Assembly: GCA_963674945.2 (NCBI GenBank)
Contig: CAXXWQ010000004.1
Span: 96,001-160,000 of the forward strand
Direction: 5' to 3'
Source of the DNA: an uncultured Desulfosarcina sp.
GTDB lineage: Bacteria; Desulfobacterota; Desulfobacteria; Desulfobacterales; Desulfosarcinaceae
Length of the DNA stretch: 64,000 bases
Below, piece after piece: positions 39,163-50,300 of this stretch. Position 1 is the first letter of the stretch, and each line of letters starts with the position of its first letter. The notes beneath the pieces were generated by a model. The model did not search any database. It saw only the letters and a program-made list of their open reading frames with translations, and was not told the origin of the DNA. Made by a program: the position numbers and the translations under genes.

Positions 39163-39768
39163 TTAAACATTTGGCTGAATACGGATTTCCACGCGACGAT
39201 TCATCTTACGGCCTTGCAAGGTTGCGTTGGTGGCGACGGGCAGACGGGCGCCATATCCGGAAATTTTCATTCGTTGTGTCGGGACACCGTGCTCTGCCAG
39301 ATGCAGCATCACCATTTTGGCACGATGTTCGGAGAGTTGCTGGTTATAGGCATCGGAACCCGTATTGTCGGTATGCCCCTCGATAAGGATCCGCGTCTGG
39401 GAATACTTGATGAGAATCTGAGCGATTTTATCCAACTCATTGCTCAGCCCGATTCGAAGTGCGGCGGTTTCCGGATCGAAACGGACGTCACCTTTGAGTG
39501 TGATGGCCAACAATTGTCCGTCTCTTCGAATCGCCGCGTCCTCAGAGTTGGCCAGCGCTTCTCTCAGCTCGATCTCTTGTTGATCCATCATACGATGATA
39601 TGCGCTGCCGGCGCCGGTTGCATCGAGAACGGCGTCCCTGGCCTTGTCATCGATGGGGATACCCTGGATGCTTCTATCTTTTCCATGTGTTTCGCTCTTG
39701 GATTGGAAAGAGGCACATCCAGTACAAACCAAGGTTACAACAAAGGCAATCGAGACAATTCGTTTCAT
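39163..39768 (-). CDS. OmpA-family lipoprotein
   Basis: Lipobox CTGC; EGHTDNTGSDAYNQQLSEHRA; NRRVEI. Confidence 0.9.
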   Translation of the reverse strand: MKRIVSIAFVVTLVCTGCASFQSKSETHGKDRSIQGIPIDDKARDAVLDATGAGSAYHRMMDQQEIELREALANSEDAAIRRDGQLLAITLKGDVRFDPETAALRIGLSNELDKIAQILIKYSQTRILIEGHTDNTGSDAYNQQLSEHRAKMVMLHLAEHGVPTQRMKISGYGARLPVATNATLQGRKMNRRVEIRIQPNV

Positions 39769-40010
39769 TGTCCATTCTCCTTCCTACCGATCCCATGATG
39801 CGCACAAGAAGCTCTTTGGAATTCAAACCCTGAACACCATAATATAAACGAATCCATGATGGATGTCTAAACAAAAAAATCAAATGGATTTGGATTTTTG
39901 CCATCATCTCGTCCGGTTGCCTTTTTACAACGTTAGTGTTATTACCCCCAGAAATTGGGCACAACCGGTGAATTACCTTCATTTTGCGATACTTTCGCCT
40001 GGAGAGGGCC

Positions 40011-41540
40011 ATGATTCTCATTATCGATTTCGGATCCCAGTTCAACCAGCTTATCGCGCGACGCGTACGCGAATGTCGCGTGTATTGCCAGATTGAACCC
40101 CCTACCGTCACCGTAGAACAAATTCGTTTGTGGAATCCGGAAGGCATTATTCTCTCCGGTGGCCCTGCCAGCATATACGAGAAAGGAAGCCCCCGGGTGG
40201 ATGCCGCCATATTCGACCTGGACATTCCGGTGCTGGGAATCTGTTATGGAATGCATTTCATGGTGGACAGCCTGGGGGGAAAAGTAAAAAAGGCCGAAAA
40301 GCGGGAATACGGTTTCGCCTCCATGAAGATCAAAAAGGAAACAGGCCTGTTCGCCGACATGGAAAAAGAGACCATCACCTGGATGAGCCACGGTGATTCG
40401 ATTCAATCGTTGCCCCAGGGCTTTGCCATTACCGCTTCAACGGATAACACCCGGGTGGCGGCCATGGAACATCCACAAAAGAATTTCTACGGCCTCCAAT
40501 TCCATCCGGAAGTGGCCCATACGGTCAGGGGAAAGAAGATGATTCGTAATTTTCTTTTCCCAATCTGCGGGTGCAAAGCGTCATGGACCATGAAATCCTT
40601 TGCCGCCGAAACCATCGAGCAGATTCGCCAGACCGTCTCCGACAAGAAGGTGATCCTCGGCCTTTCCGGAGGGGTCGACTCTTCCGTGACGGCTCTTTTG
40701 ATCCACAAAGCCATCGGAAAGAACCTCACATGCATTTTCGTGGACAACGGATTGCTTCGAAAAAACGAAGCGGCACAACTAAAAGAGAAGCTTACGACCC
40801 ACCTGAAAATCAATATCCGCTTCGTCAATGCGGCTGGTCGTTTCGTCAAGTCACTGGCCAAGGTCACGGACCCGGAACGGAAACGAAAAATCATCGGCAA
40901 GGTCTTTATGGACGTTTTCGAGGCCGAAGCCAGAAAGATCAAGGATGCGAATTTTTTGGCCCAGGGCACCTTATATCCGGATATTATCGAATCCCAATCG
41001 GCCTTCGGCGGTCCGACCTCGGTGATCAAGTCCCACCACAATGTGGGTGGTCTTCCCAAAAAGATGAAGCTCAAACTGGTGGAGCCCTTGAAATACCTGT
41101 TTAAGGATGAAGTACGAAAGCTTGGGAAAACGCTGGGTCTGGATGAGGATCTGGTGTGGCGACAACCCTTTCCCGGGCCGGGGCTTGCCATCCGGATCAT
41201 CGGAGAAATAACGAAAAAACGCCTGGATGTCTTGCGGGAGGTAGACGCCGTGCTGCTAGAGGAGATCCGGGCATCGGGATATTATCGCAAGTTATGGCAA
41301 TCCTTCGCCGTCTTACTCCCCATCAAGAGTGTCGGCATCATGGGGGATGGTCGAACCTATGAAAATATCGTGGCCATTCGCGCCGTCACCAGCAAAGACG
41401 CCATGACGGCGGATTGGGCAAGGCTCCCGCACAAATTGCTCGGTCGAATCTCCAATCGGATCATCAACGAGGTGCACGGTGTAAATCGTGTTGTTTACGA
41501 TATCAGTTCCAAACCACCGAGTACAATCGAATGGGAATAG
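40011..41540 (+). CDS. guaA: GMP synthase (glutamine-hydrolysing)
   Basis: IDFGSQ, LGICYG, QFHPEV, LSGGVDSSV, IKSHHNVGGLP, PFPGPGL, KPPSTIEWE. Confidence 0.98.
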   Translation: MILIIDFGSQFNQLIARRVRECRVYCQIEPPTVTVEQIRLWNPEGIILSGGPASIYEKGSPRVDAAIFDLDIPVLGICYGMHFMVDSLGGKVKKAEKREYGFASMKIKKETGLFADMEKETITWMSHGDSIQSLPQGFAITASTDNTRVAAMEHPQKNFYGLQFHPEVAHTVRGKKMIRNFLFPICGCKASWTMKSFAAETIEQIRQTVSDKKVILGLSGGVDSSVTALLIHKAIGKNLTCIFVDNGLLRKNEAAQLKEKLTTHLKINIRFVNAAGRFVKSLAKVTDPERKRKIIGKVFMDVFEAEARKIKDANFLAQGTLYPDIIESQSAFGGPTSVIKSHHNVGGLPKKMKLKLVEPLKYLFKDEVRKLGKTLGLDEDLVWRQPFPGPGLAIRIIGEITKKRLDVLREVDAVLLEEIRASGYYRKLWQSFAVLLPIKSVGIMGDGRTYENIVAIRAVTSKDAMTADWARLPHKLLGRISNRIINEVHGVNRVVYDISSKPPSTIEWE

Positions 41541-41547
41541 GGAAACG

Positions 41548-42432
41548 ATGACAGAAAAAGACGATACCACCCGTTTCACCCTTCACAGCAGTGAAGATGA
41601 ACCCGAATCCCTGTACATGGCCGAGGCGGAAAACCTGCGAATCGAAAAATTGAGCACGCGGGTTACGCTGGTGGCCGTCCTCATTCCCTGCCTTTTGGCA
41701 ATCGTATTGGCCATCGCCTACCTTGATATCAAAAAGCGTGTGGTCCGAACGCAAACCACCGGTTCCATGGGTGTCCAAAATCTCTCCAAAGATCTGGAAT
41801 CACGATTTTCGACCCTCTCTTTGAAGCAGGCCAAATTGGAGGAGCAACTCGCGGACCAGGCCAATAAGTTGGACAATGCAACCGCCGCCATCCAAGTCAA
41901 ATTGAAAAAAGCCGCCGATTCTCTTCAAAAGACGATGGACGAAAAAATGGATAACGCCGCCCTGACGACCTTATCCCGGGAAACCGAGTCATCCATTGCC
42001 GCACTCAAGAAAGAGATGGGTGCCTTGCACCAGGAGGTGAAGGCGCTGGCCGATGCATTCAACAAATTTGACGACGAGCTTGCCGGCCAGATTCTCCTGA
42101 TGGCGGAAGGAATAAAGAAAGACCAGGGTCGTCTTGCAAGCATCGAGAAAAGGACCCAGCAACTGGAATCGGAAAAGCTCAGCAAGGAGGCCATGAATCT
42201 GGCCATCGGGCTGGAAAGGCTCGCCCTTCAGGAGATGATCAATGAACGGATCGGTTCGGTGGAAAAGAAGGTAGCGGCCCTAGGGAAGAAAGTGGAGAAG
42301 ATCGACAGAAATCTCAGCGAAGGGACAAGTTCGGCACCGCCGCCGCAACCCGCCGCCCCGAAGCCCGCCGACGTCACGCAGCCCGCCGCTCCGAGCGAAT
42401 CGGGGGGGATCGTCGAGCAGACGATAAATTAG
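41548..42432 (+). CDS. Membrane-anchored coiled-coil hypothetical protein
   Basis: One N-terminal TM helix, a long heptad-rich region and a Pro-rich tail. Confidence 0.75.
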   Translation: MTEKDDTTRFTLHSSEDEPESLYMAEAENLRIEKLSTRVTLVAVLIPCLLAIVLAIAYLDIKKRVVRTQTTGSMGVQNLSKDLESRFSTLSLKQAKLEEQLADQANKLDNATAAIQVKLKKAADSLQKTMDEKMDNAALTTLSRETESSIAALKKEMGALHQEVKALADAFNKFDDELAGQILLMAEGIKKDQGRLASIEKRTQQLESEKLSKEAMNLAIGLERLALQEMINERIGSVEKKVAALGKKVEKIDRNLSEGTSSAPPPQPAAPKPADVTQPAAPSESGGIVEQTIN

Positions 42433-43175
42433 CGAATCCCCTGCTTTCTTATTTTCTCTTCGATCCGCTGGATATCCACGGGAAGGTCCACCTCGGGGGA
42501 ATCGTAGGGCGTGACCACGACCCGGATACGATAGCCATGTTCCAGGGCCCGAAGCTGTTCCAGCTTCTCGATCTCCTCCAACCGTCCCGGTGGAAGGGAG
42601 CGAAAGCGGCCCAGAAAGTCCATGGTATACGCATATACCCCCAGATGCTTATAAACGTCGTATCCCTGCTGTGTGTCGCGGCCATGGGGGATCGTCGCGC
42701 GTGAGAAGTACAGCGCATCGCCGTTTTTGTCGAAGGTTACCTTCACATCTTTGGGATCGGTCCTTTCCCGTTCATCGACGACCGAATAGGCCAAGGTACT
42801 CATTTTTACCGTCGGATCCTCTTGAAACGGCCGAACCACGGCATCGAAACTGCGTGGATCGACCAGTGGCTGGTCCCCCTGGATGTTGATCACCACGTCT
42901 TTTGACGCCAGGCCGAGTTTCTCGGCGGCTTCGGCCACACGGTCGGTTCCGGAACGACAGTCCAAACTGGTCATGATGACCTTTCCCCCAAAACCGACGA
43001 CGGATTGACGAATCCTCGCATCATCTGTGGCCACGTAAACGGAATCAACGCAACTTGCCTGCGTGGCACGTTGAAAGACCCACTGAATCATTGGTATACC
43101 GCAAATTGCGGCCAATGGTTTGCCGTCGAACCGGCTTGACCCATAGCGCGATGGAATGATCACAACGACCGGCAT
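42429..43175 (-). CDS. kdsB: 3-deoxy-manno-octulosonate cytidylyltransferase
   Basis: IPSRYGSSRFDGKPLA, SGTDR, NIQGD, YFSR, EKLEQLRALE. Confidence 0.96.
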   Translation of the reverse strand: MPVVVIIPSRYGSSRFDGKPLAAICGIPMIQWVFQRATQASCVDSVYVATDDARIRQSVVGFGGKVIMTSLDCRSGTDRVAEAAEKLGLASKDVVINIQGDQPLVDPRSFDAVVRPFQEDPTVKMSTLAYSVVDERERTDPKDVKVTFDKNGDALYFSRATIPHGRDTQQGYDVYKHLGVYAYTMDFLGRFRSLPPGRLEEIEKLEQLRALEHGYRIRVVVTPYDSPEVDLPVDIQRIEEKIRKQGIR

Positions 43176-43213
43176 TTGAATATCCTCATCGATTTAATTT
43201 TGTCACGATACGG

Positions 43214-43546
43214 CTATTTTCTCCATCCACCGATCAGATGAAGATGCAGGTGAAATATGACCTGCCCCCCGCCTCTCTCCACGTTGAACAATAGTTTATA
43301 GCCGGATTCATTCACATTTTCCTGCTTTGCCATGTTTTTGGCCGTCTGGATCATCTCCGCCAAAATGGCGTCGTCGTGGTCCGTCAGATCGTTGATGCTG
43401 CGAATGTGACGCCTGGGGACGATTAGAAGATGCACGGGCGCATGGGGATTGATATCCCGAAAGACCACCAAGTTATCGTTTTCGTATAAAAACGCGGTCT
43501 CCGTCCAGCCTTGCGCAATCTTGCAGAAAAGGCAATCGGTTTCCAT
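43214..43546 (-). CDS. HIT-family (HinT-like) nucleotide-binding protein
   Basis: CLFCKI, DINPHAPVHLLIVP, QVIFHLHLHLIGG. Confidence 0.93.
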   Translation of the reverse strand: METDCLFCKIAQGWTETAFLYENDNLVVFRDINPHAPVHLLIVPRRHIRSINDLTDHDDAILAEMIQTAKNMAKQENVNESGYKLLFNVERGGGQVIFHLHLHLIGGWRK

Positions 43547-43720
43547 TGGCACCAGCTCCTGTGGGATGTCGGGTAATGGGTGTATTCGGATACGGGACTC
43601 CTGCTTCCTAACGGTACGATGAATTCTTGTCAAGCCGGCATTCCCATGGATGCCCCTGATGATTCGCCCCCCGCGCCCATTTCCAGTCACAATTCCGATA
43701 ACTTCCTTAAAATTCACCGT

Positions 43721-43747
43721 TTAAGTTTGAAATTCGGTTGCCGATAA
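43721..43747 (+). promoter_or_regulatory. Sigma-28 (FliA) promoter for HD-GYP-motA-motB
   Basis: TTAAGTTT-N11-GCCGATAA versus consensus TAAAGTTT-N11-GCCGATAA. Confidence 0.8.
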
Positions 43748-43853
43748 AAGCTAGCAAAGGGAGACCCGGTTTTTGGCGGACCGGTTCGACCATATACGAA
43801 AGACGGATTCATTGTAAAGCCATGCGTTACCCGGCGCATGGGGCAAGGCGACC

Positions 43854-45026
43854 ATGAATATCTTGATTGCAGACGACGACCCGGTCACGTTAAAGCTCTT
43901 GATGTCAAAAATAGCCGAGTGGGGTCATACGGTTCATCCGGCGGCCGATGGAAATGTAGCCTGGGACACCATCTTGCAGACCCCCATCGACATCGTCATC
44001 AGCGACTGGCTCATGCCCGGACTGGATGGATTACAGTTGAGCCACCTCATTCGGGAGCGTCAGGATCACCCCTATATCTATGTCATCGTAATCAGTGTAC
44101 AGAATTCAAAATCGGACATTATCCAAGGCCTGGAAAGCGGTGTCGACGACTACATCACCAAACCCATCGATATGGAGGCACTTCACGCCAGGATCAATAT
44201 CGGTGTCCGTATCGTGGAACTGGAACGGGCCCTCAACCGAAAAATCGAAATCATCACCGCCAATCATCATCAGACCATCCGCATGTTCTCCCAAATCATC
44301 GAAAGTTTCGATGAAGACTTGGGGGGCCATTGTCGCCGGACGGCAAAATTGGCGGTTTCCCTTGCAAAACGACATCCCGGTGTCGGTGAAGATGAGATTT
44401 CCGTCATCGAAACGGCAGCCCTTCTCCATGATGTCGGCATGGTGGGGATTCCCAAAACGATCTTGAACAAGCGGCGCACCGAGAGGATCAACTATGAAAA
44501 TCAATTATACCAATCCCATGCAGACATCGGTGCGAAAATCATCGGTGAAATCGAAATCATGCGACCTGCCGCTCGCCTGGTTCGCATGCACCACGAGCAA
44601 TTCAACGGGAAAGGATTTCCCGATGGCGTACAAGGGGACCAGATTCCCATCGGTGCCCAGTTGATCTCGGCCGCCTCCATCTACGACAACATGCATGTCA
44701 AAGGCAAAATCCCTTTCGAACGCATTACGGAAGAGCTCCAGCGGATCCGTGGATACCAATTGTCTCCGGCCGTTGTCGCCTTGCTCATCGAGCTCAATGT
44801 TCAACAGCAACAAGCCGCCAAGGAGAGGACGTCGGAACGGCTTTTTCTGGACAAGCTAATGGCCGGGATGGTGCTGGCCGATAATGTCTACATGAAAACC
44901 GGCGCATTCGTCATGGCCGGCGACACCATCTTGGACGACTATAAGATTGAGAAACTCAAACATTACCAAAACATCGGCGCCATCGACGAAAAGGTGCTCA
45001 TTCAAAAAAAACCCGCGAGGCGCTAA
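43854..45026 (+). CDS. Response regulator with an HD-GYP-like domain
   Basis: REC domain (ILIADDD, SDWLMPGLDG, YITKP) plus LLHDVG and HHEQFNGKGFP. Confidence 0.88.
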   Translation: MNILIADDDPVTLKLLMSKIAEWGHTVHPAADGNVAWDTILQTPIDIVISDWLMPGLDGLQLSHLIRERQDHPYIYVIVISVQNSKSDIIQGLESGVDDYITKPIDMEALHARINIGVRIVELERALNRKIEIITANHHQTIRMFSQIIESFDEDLGGHCRRTAKLAVSLAKRHPGVGEDEISVIETAALLHDVGMVGIPKTILNKRRTERINYENQLYQSHADIGAKIIGEIEIMRPAARLVRMHHEQFNGKGFPDGVQGDQIPIGAQLISAASIYDNMHVKGKIPFERITEELQRIRGYQLSPAVVALLIELNVQQQQAAKERTSERLFLDKLMAGMVLADNVYMKTGAFVMAGDTILDDYKIEKLKHYQNIGAIDEKVLIQKKPARR

Positions 45027-45809
45027 ATGGATCTTGCAACCATAATCGGTCTTGTCAGCGGCAGCGTATTGATTCTGGTCTCCATCGTCGTTGGTGGAAG
45101 TGCCCTTATCTTTCTTAACATTCCCGGATTGTTAATCGTCGTCGGCGGTACCGTTGCCACCACCTTCATCAAATTCACCATGGCAGACGTCATCGGTTCG
45201 ATCAAAGTCGCCATGAAGGCCTTCATCGTAAAAATGGAGGATCCGGAAAACATCATCACGGAAATGGTCGAATTTACCCGTATCGCAAAAAAGGAAGGAC
45301 TCATCGCACTGGAAAAGGAGACCCCCTCTGATCCGTTTTCTGTAAAAGCACTGCGATACCTTTCCGACGGCTACGATGAGGGCCTTATTTCCGATATGCT
45401 CAGCAAGGATATCCGACTCATGGGACAGCGCCATGCCACCGGCCAGAATGTTTTCAAAGGCATGGGGGACAGTGCGCCGGCCTTTGGCATGGTGGGAACC
45501 CTCATCGGCCTCGTTCAGATGTTGGCCTCCATGTCCGATCCGGCCAGCATCGGACCGGCTATGGCCGTCGCCCTTCTCACCACCTTGTACGGTGCCGTTC
45601 TCGCCAACCTCGTCGCATTGCCCATTGCAGACAAACTGGCACTGCGCAGCGATCAGGAGAGACTGAACAAAAGCATTATCATGGAGGCCGCCATCGCCAT
45701 CAACCGGGGCGTCTCCCCCATGGTACTGGAAGAGTCACTCAAAATTTTTCTCTCACCCCAGGAGCGAAACCAGATCGAGGCCGAAGGCGAAGCCGGAGAG
45801 GCCGGATGA
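45027..45809 (+). CDS. motA: Flagellar stator A subunit (MotA/PomA)
   Basis: MDLATIIG, KKEGLIALE, APAFGMVGTLIGLVQML, ALLTTLYG. Confidence 0.93.
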   Translation: MDLATIIGLVSGSVLILVSIVVGGSALIFLNIPGLLIVVGGTVATTFIKFTMADVIGSIKVAMKAFIVKMEDPENIITEMVEFTRIAKKEGLIALEKETPSDPFSVKALRYLSDGYDEGLISDMLSKDIRLMGQRHATGQNVFKGMGDSAPAFGMVGTLIGLVQMLASMSDPASIGPAMAVALLTTLYGAVLANLVALPIADKLALRSDQERLNKSIIMEAAIAINRGVSPMVLEESLKIFLSPQERNQIEAEGEAGEAG

Positions 45810-45820
45810 CAAGGTGAACC

Positions 45821-46627
45821 ATGAGTAACGAACACCAAGAATGCCCACCGTGCGATAAGGGCGCGCCGAGGTGGATGACAACATTCGGCGACCTGATGAG
45901 CCTGCTCCTCTGTTTTTTCGTGCTCCTGCTTTCTTTTTCTGAAATGGACCGACAAAAGTACAAGGTTGTCGCCGGCTCCATGGAGAAGGCCTTTGGCATG
46001 CAGCGCAAGAAAAACTTCGACGAGTCTCCCCGTCTGGGATTGAAAATTATCGCCCGGGACTTCGACCAGGAGGCCATCGCCACACGATTAAAACAATTCA
46101 TCGGGGAGCAGCTGAAGGAAAATTTCGGTGAACTCTACGAAGAGTTGGCGGAAGAGATCGAGATCGAGGCCGGGCAGGAAGAAGTGGTCATTCGACTCAT
46201 GGGAGAAAGTACGTTCGATTCGGGAAAGGCGGATATCAAGCCGGAATTGAAGCCGATGATCCGTACCATGGGAAAGATCCTTATCGAAATGGCCAAAGGT
46301 GACGTTGTCATTGCAGGGCATACCGACAACGTACCGGTCCGCCGCAACGGCCATTTCAAATCCAACCTCGCCCTATCCATGGCAAGGGCTGCGGCGGTAG
46401 CGGATTTCCTGCTCACACAGACCTCTTTGGATCCCAAGCGTGTCTCTACCATGGGATTCGGCGAGTACAGACCCATTGCCGACAATGCAACAGAAGCGGG
46501 CAGACGTAAAAACCGGCGCGTGGAGATCATCGTCGGCACCATTCCCCGACCCCAACCCAGCGAACTGTCAAATTTGAGGAATGAGGCGTATTTACGATAC
46601 TCCGTAGTGACGAAGGATGAAGCGTAA
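45821..46627 (+). CDS. motB: Flagellar stator B subunit (MotB/PomB)
   Basis: WMTTFGDLMSLLLCFFVLL with the conserved Asp; OmpA-like GHTDNVP...NRRVEI. Confidence 0.93.
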   Translation: MSNEHQECPPCDKGAPRWMTTFGDLMSLLLCFFVLLLSFSEMDRQKYKVVAGSMEKAFGMQRKKNFDESPRLGLKIIARDFDQEAIATRLKQFIGEQLKENFGELYEELAEEIEIEAGQEEVVIRLMGESTFDSGKADIKPELKPMIRTMGKILIEMAKGDVVIAGHTDNVPVRRNGHFKSNLALSMARAAAVADFLLTQTSLDPKRVSTMGFGEYRPIADNATEAGRRKNRRVEIIVGTIPRPQPSELSNLRNEAYLRYSVVTKDEA

Positions 46628-47315
46628 CGCCGATATCGGACTTTTTACGAATCCGTCACTATTGGAGGCGCGCCAAACCTATCTTTTCACGATCTTTCAT
46701 CAACTCTTGACCCTGGCATGCGATCCATTCTATAATTTTTGGATACAATAATTTAGTTTCCCTTCCTTTTCCGAGTTCATCATGATTCCTGTGAAATCCC
46801 GGAATTTCGATAGTTGACCGGGTATTACCAAGATGCCACATTATGAACAAATATTCATAAAATATAAGAAAAGTATGTAACAATTCATTGCCACAATGGG
46901 AATTCGTGACTTTTCCGCCTTTGTTTTAAAAAAATTATAGAAATAGAAAAAATTTGTTAGCGTATTGTTAGACCGGCAACAACGATTAAACGAAGTGTTG
47001 CGATCGTTGTAAGATCGATCGTGACAGGCTTGTTGGTATTTTTTTTGCGTATTCATCAATTTTTTTAATTGAACCATCCAACCACACAACTTGTGAAAGA
47101 AAACCCGAGCAATGAGAACCGGCGTGGTAAAATGTCACCTCTGACAGGCTCGAAAGGAGTTAGATTCTGCCGTTTTGGCGACTGCAACAGGTTGAAACCG
47201 GTATACGGCAAATGGAGCACCGTATTATCATCCCACGCTGCTCGATGATACGGTTGGCTCACCATATAAAGATGAACCAGAATATTAACAAATAACGAAG
47301 AATGGGGCCGGGAAG

Positions 47316-50300
47316 ATGAATCAACTGTTTAAAGTCAAAACCTTTGCAATCGTAGGAGCTTTTCTTTTCACGATCTTCGTCGTCTGGTGCCCGCAGTCAA
47401 TGGCAACCGAGGCGGCATCAGAAGACATACAGCATCTGGCCATGGGGACCGTCGGCGATACGCCGCAGGATGTTTCAAAAGCACCGCAGGAAAATGCGCA
47501 AACCTTGATGATTCATTTGGGCACTGCGCATTTTGACCCGCTTGACCAGCAACCGGCACAAATATCCGGCCTGTCCACGATACAGACCTATACGGAGGAG
47601 ACCGCCGGTTACTACATTGTCCAATTCGACGGTCCGATCCAACCCGATTGGAAAACAACCTTGAAACAAGCCGGTGTGGAAATTTTTGACTATGTGCCGG
47701 AATATGCATTTATCGTTCGTATGCCTTCCGCAACGGCGACCAGCGTACGCGCAATGGCGCATGTGCGCTGGGTTGGGATCTTCCAGCCGCTTTACCGGGT
47801 CAGTCAAAGCGCCGTGGATATGATGTATGCCACGACCAGTGAAGAAGCGGCGGAACCCGTCACCCTGCGGGTCAACATTTTTCCGGGGGAAAGCCCGGAG
47901 CAGATGGAAAGCCTCATCCAATCTTTGGGCGGCATCGTCGAAGAAAAAAGCAGCACAGAACTGAAGACCACCTTCAAAATTAAAATTCCGGCCGATAAGA
48001 TCAAAGAATTGGCCGAGATCAACGGCATTAAATGGGTAGAACCGGTACCCCAATGGAAGCTTTTTAACAACAATTCGACAGACGTCATGAATGTGCGTGC
48101 ACCACGCAATACAAAAGGGCTCTATGGCAGTGGTCAGACTGTGGGAATAGCGGACACCGGCCTGGACCAGGGCTCCGTGAATCCGAACATGTTGCACGAT
48201 GACTTTGAAAACGGTTCGGGGGCCACACGGGTCCTCGCCATTATCGACACCGCCGGTGACGGCGATACCTCAGACACAAATGGCCATGGGACCCATGTGG
48301 CCGGATCGGTTTTGGGCAATGGCCGGATGTCGGGCAGCGATCCGGTCAGCAGCAACTTTCCGGACACTTGCTTCGCCGGTATCGCACCCAAGGCCAATCT
48401 TGTGTTTCAGGCGAGTTGGGATACAAGCGTCGATCCACCTGCCCTGAACAATCCAACGGATTTAAACAATCTTTTTCGTGTCGCCCGTTCGGCCGGAGCC
48501 GATTTGCACACAAACAGCTGGGGTGCCAGCTTGGCCGGCCAATATACCTCCACTTCTCAAGATGTGGATGAATATATGTGGAACAACAAATCGTTTTTCA
48601 TCCAGTTTTCCGCAGGCAATTCAGGGGTTGACATGGACGCCGATGGGGTCATCGATCTGTACAGTATCGGCTCACCGGCCACCGCAAAGAACTGCCTCAC
48701 CGTCGGGGCCAGTGAAGGCGACCGTCCCAGTGGCGCAGGATACGACATGGCATGGGGGACGTTTCACCCCTATAACTTTTCTGCCGCACCCATTGCCAGT
48801 GACCATGTATCCGACAATGATCGCGGCATTGCCGCCTTCAGTTCTCGCGGTCCTACTTTAGACGGTCGCCATAAACCCGATATCGTTGCCCCCGGAACCA
48901 ACATTCTTTCCACCCGTTCTTCTGTGGGTGGTAATATATGGGGAGCCTATCCTGCGAATTCAAATTATATTTGGGCTGGTGGCACGAGTATGGCCACGCC
49001 CCTGACGGCCGGTGCAGCCGCTCTGATGCGTGAATACCTGGTCAGCAAAAAGGGGTTCTCCCCTCCTTCGGCGGCATTGATCAAAGCGGCGCTGATCAAC
49101 AGCGCCGAAGATATCACCCCGGGTCAATACGGTTTCGGTTCAGACCAGGAGATCCCCGATTCACCTGTGCCGAACAATGTGGAGGGCTGGGGCCGGCTGA
49201 ACCTTGGTGATGGCGTCTTTCCGGAAACACCGGCCAATATCTTGTATTACGACCATACCGCAGGGCTCGATACCGGTGAGTACAACGAATACACCATCAA
49301 TGTGACCGATACCGGCGCACCCTTGAAGATCAATCTGGTATGGACCGACTATCCGGGCACACCGGCGGCACAGGGTGGATTGGTAAACGACCTCGATCTG
49401 AAGGTAATGGATACGAATGATGTGGCACACTACCCAAACCATGCCTCAAAAAAATCTTCGCTCAGCACGATGAACTACAATTCTGGTGTCAATCTCTCGG
49501 CGTCTACCAATAATAAAAGGGCAATACGGTTTACGCCAGCAGCATATCCGGCCTTTGTCGAATCAACCACATTTAATTTTATAAATAATGCCCCGGTCGG
49601 CACAAACGTGGACGTGGTTGTATATGATGACGATGACACAAACGGACTTCCCGGAACCGAGCTTTTCAGAAAAACCCTCGCCTATGTCCCGACAGGCTAT
49701 GTGAGCGTTGGTATCCAAGGCGTGGTTATCAATAATGGTGATTTCTACATCGCCATTGAAAAATCCAGTTCAATTCAGGCCATCGTCATTGATAACGACG
49801 GCAATCCAACGAACAGAAGTTACTGGCACAATGGATTGGAATGGGGCTTATCAAGCTATACCGCCTACATAAGAGCCAATATCAGGACAGCAGCGTATTC
49901 CACCAGCTTTGACCGCGTCAACAACACCCTGGGCATTACTTTCGATTCGCCGGTTGTGGGCAACTACACCATCCGGGTAGCCGGTTTTAACGTACCCCAA
50001 GGCCCTCAACCCTATGCACTGGTGGCCAGCGGTCACATCCAGGCAACCCAGGCCGGCGTGCTGCAGTTTGAGTCCGGCAATTTCAGCGTCGGTGAAAACG
50101 ACGGCGCGGCGACCATCACTGTGGTCCGCACCGGCGGTACCGAAGGAAATGTCAGCCTAAATTATGCGACCAGTAACGGTACGGCTACTGCAGGCAGCGA
50201 CTATACGACGGCCAGTGGAACGTTGAACTGGAGCAGTGGTGATGACAGCAAAAAACGTTTCACTATCCCGATCTCCGATGACAATACCATTGAATCGAGC

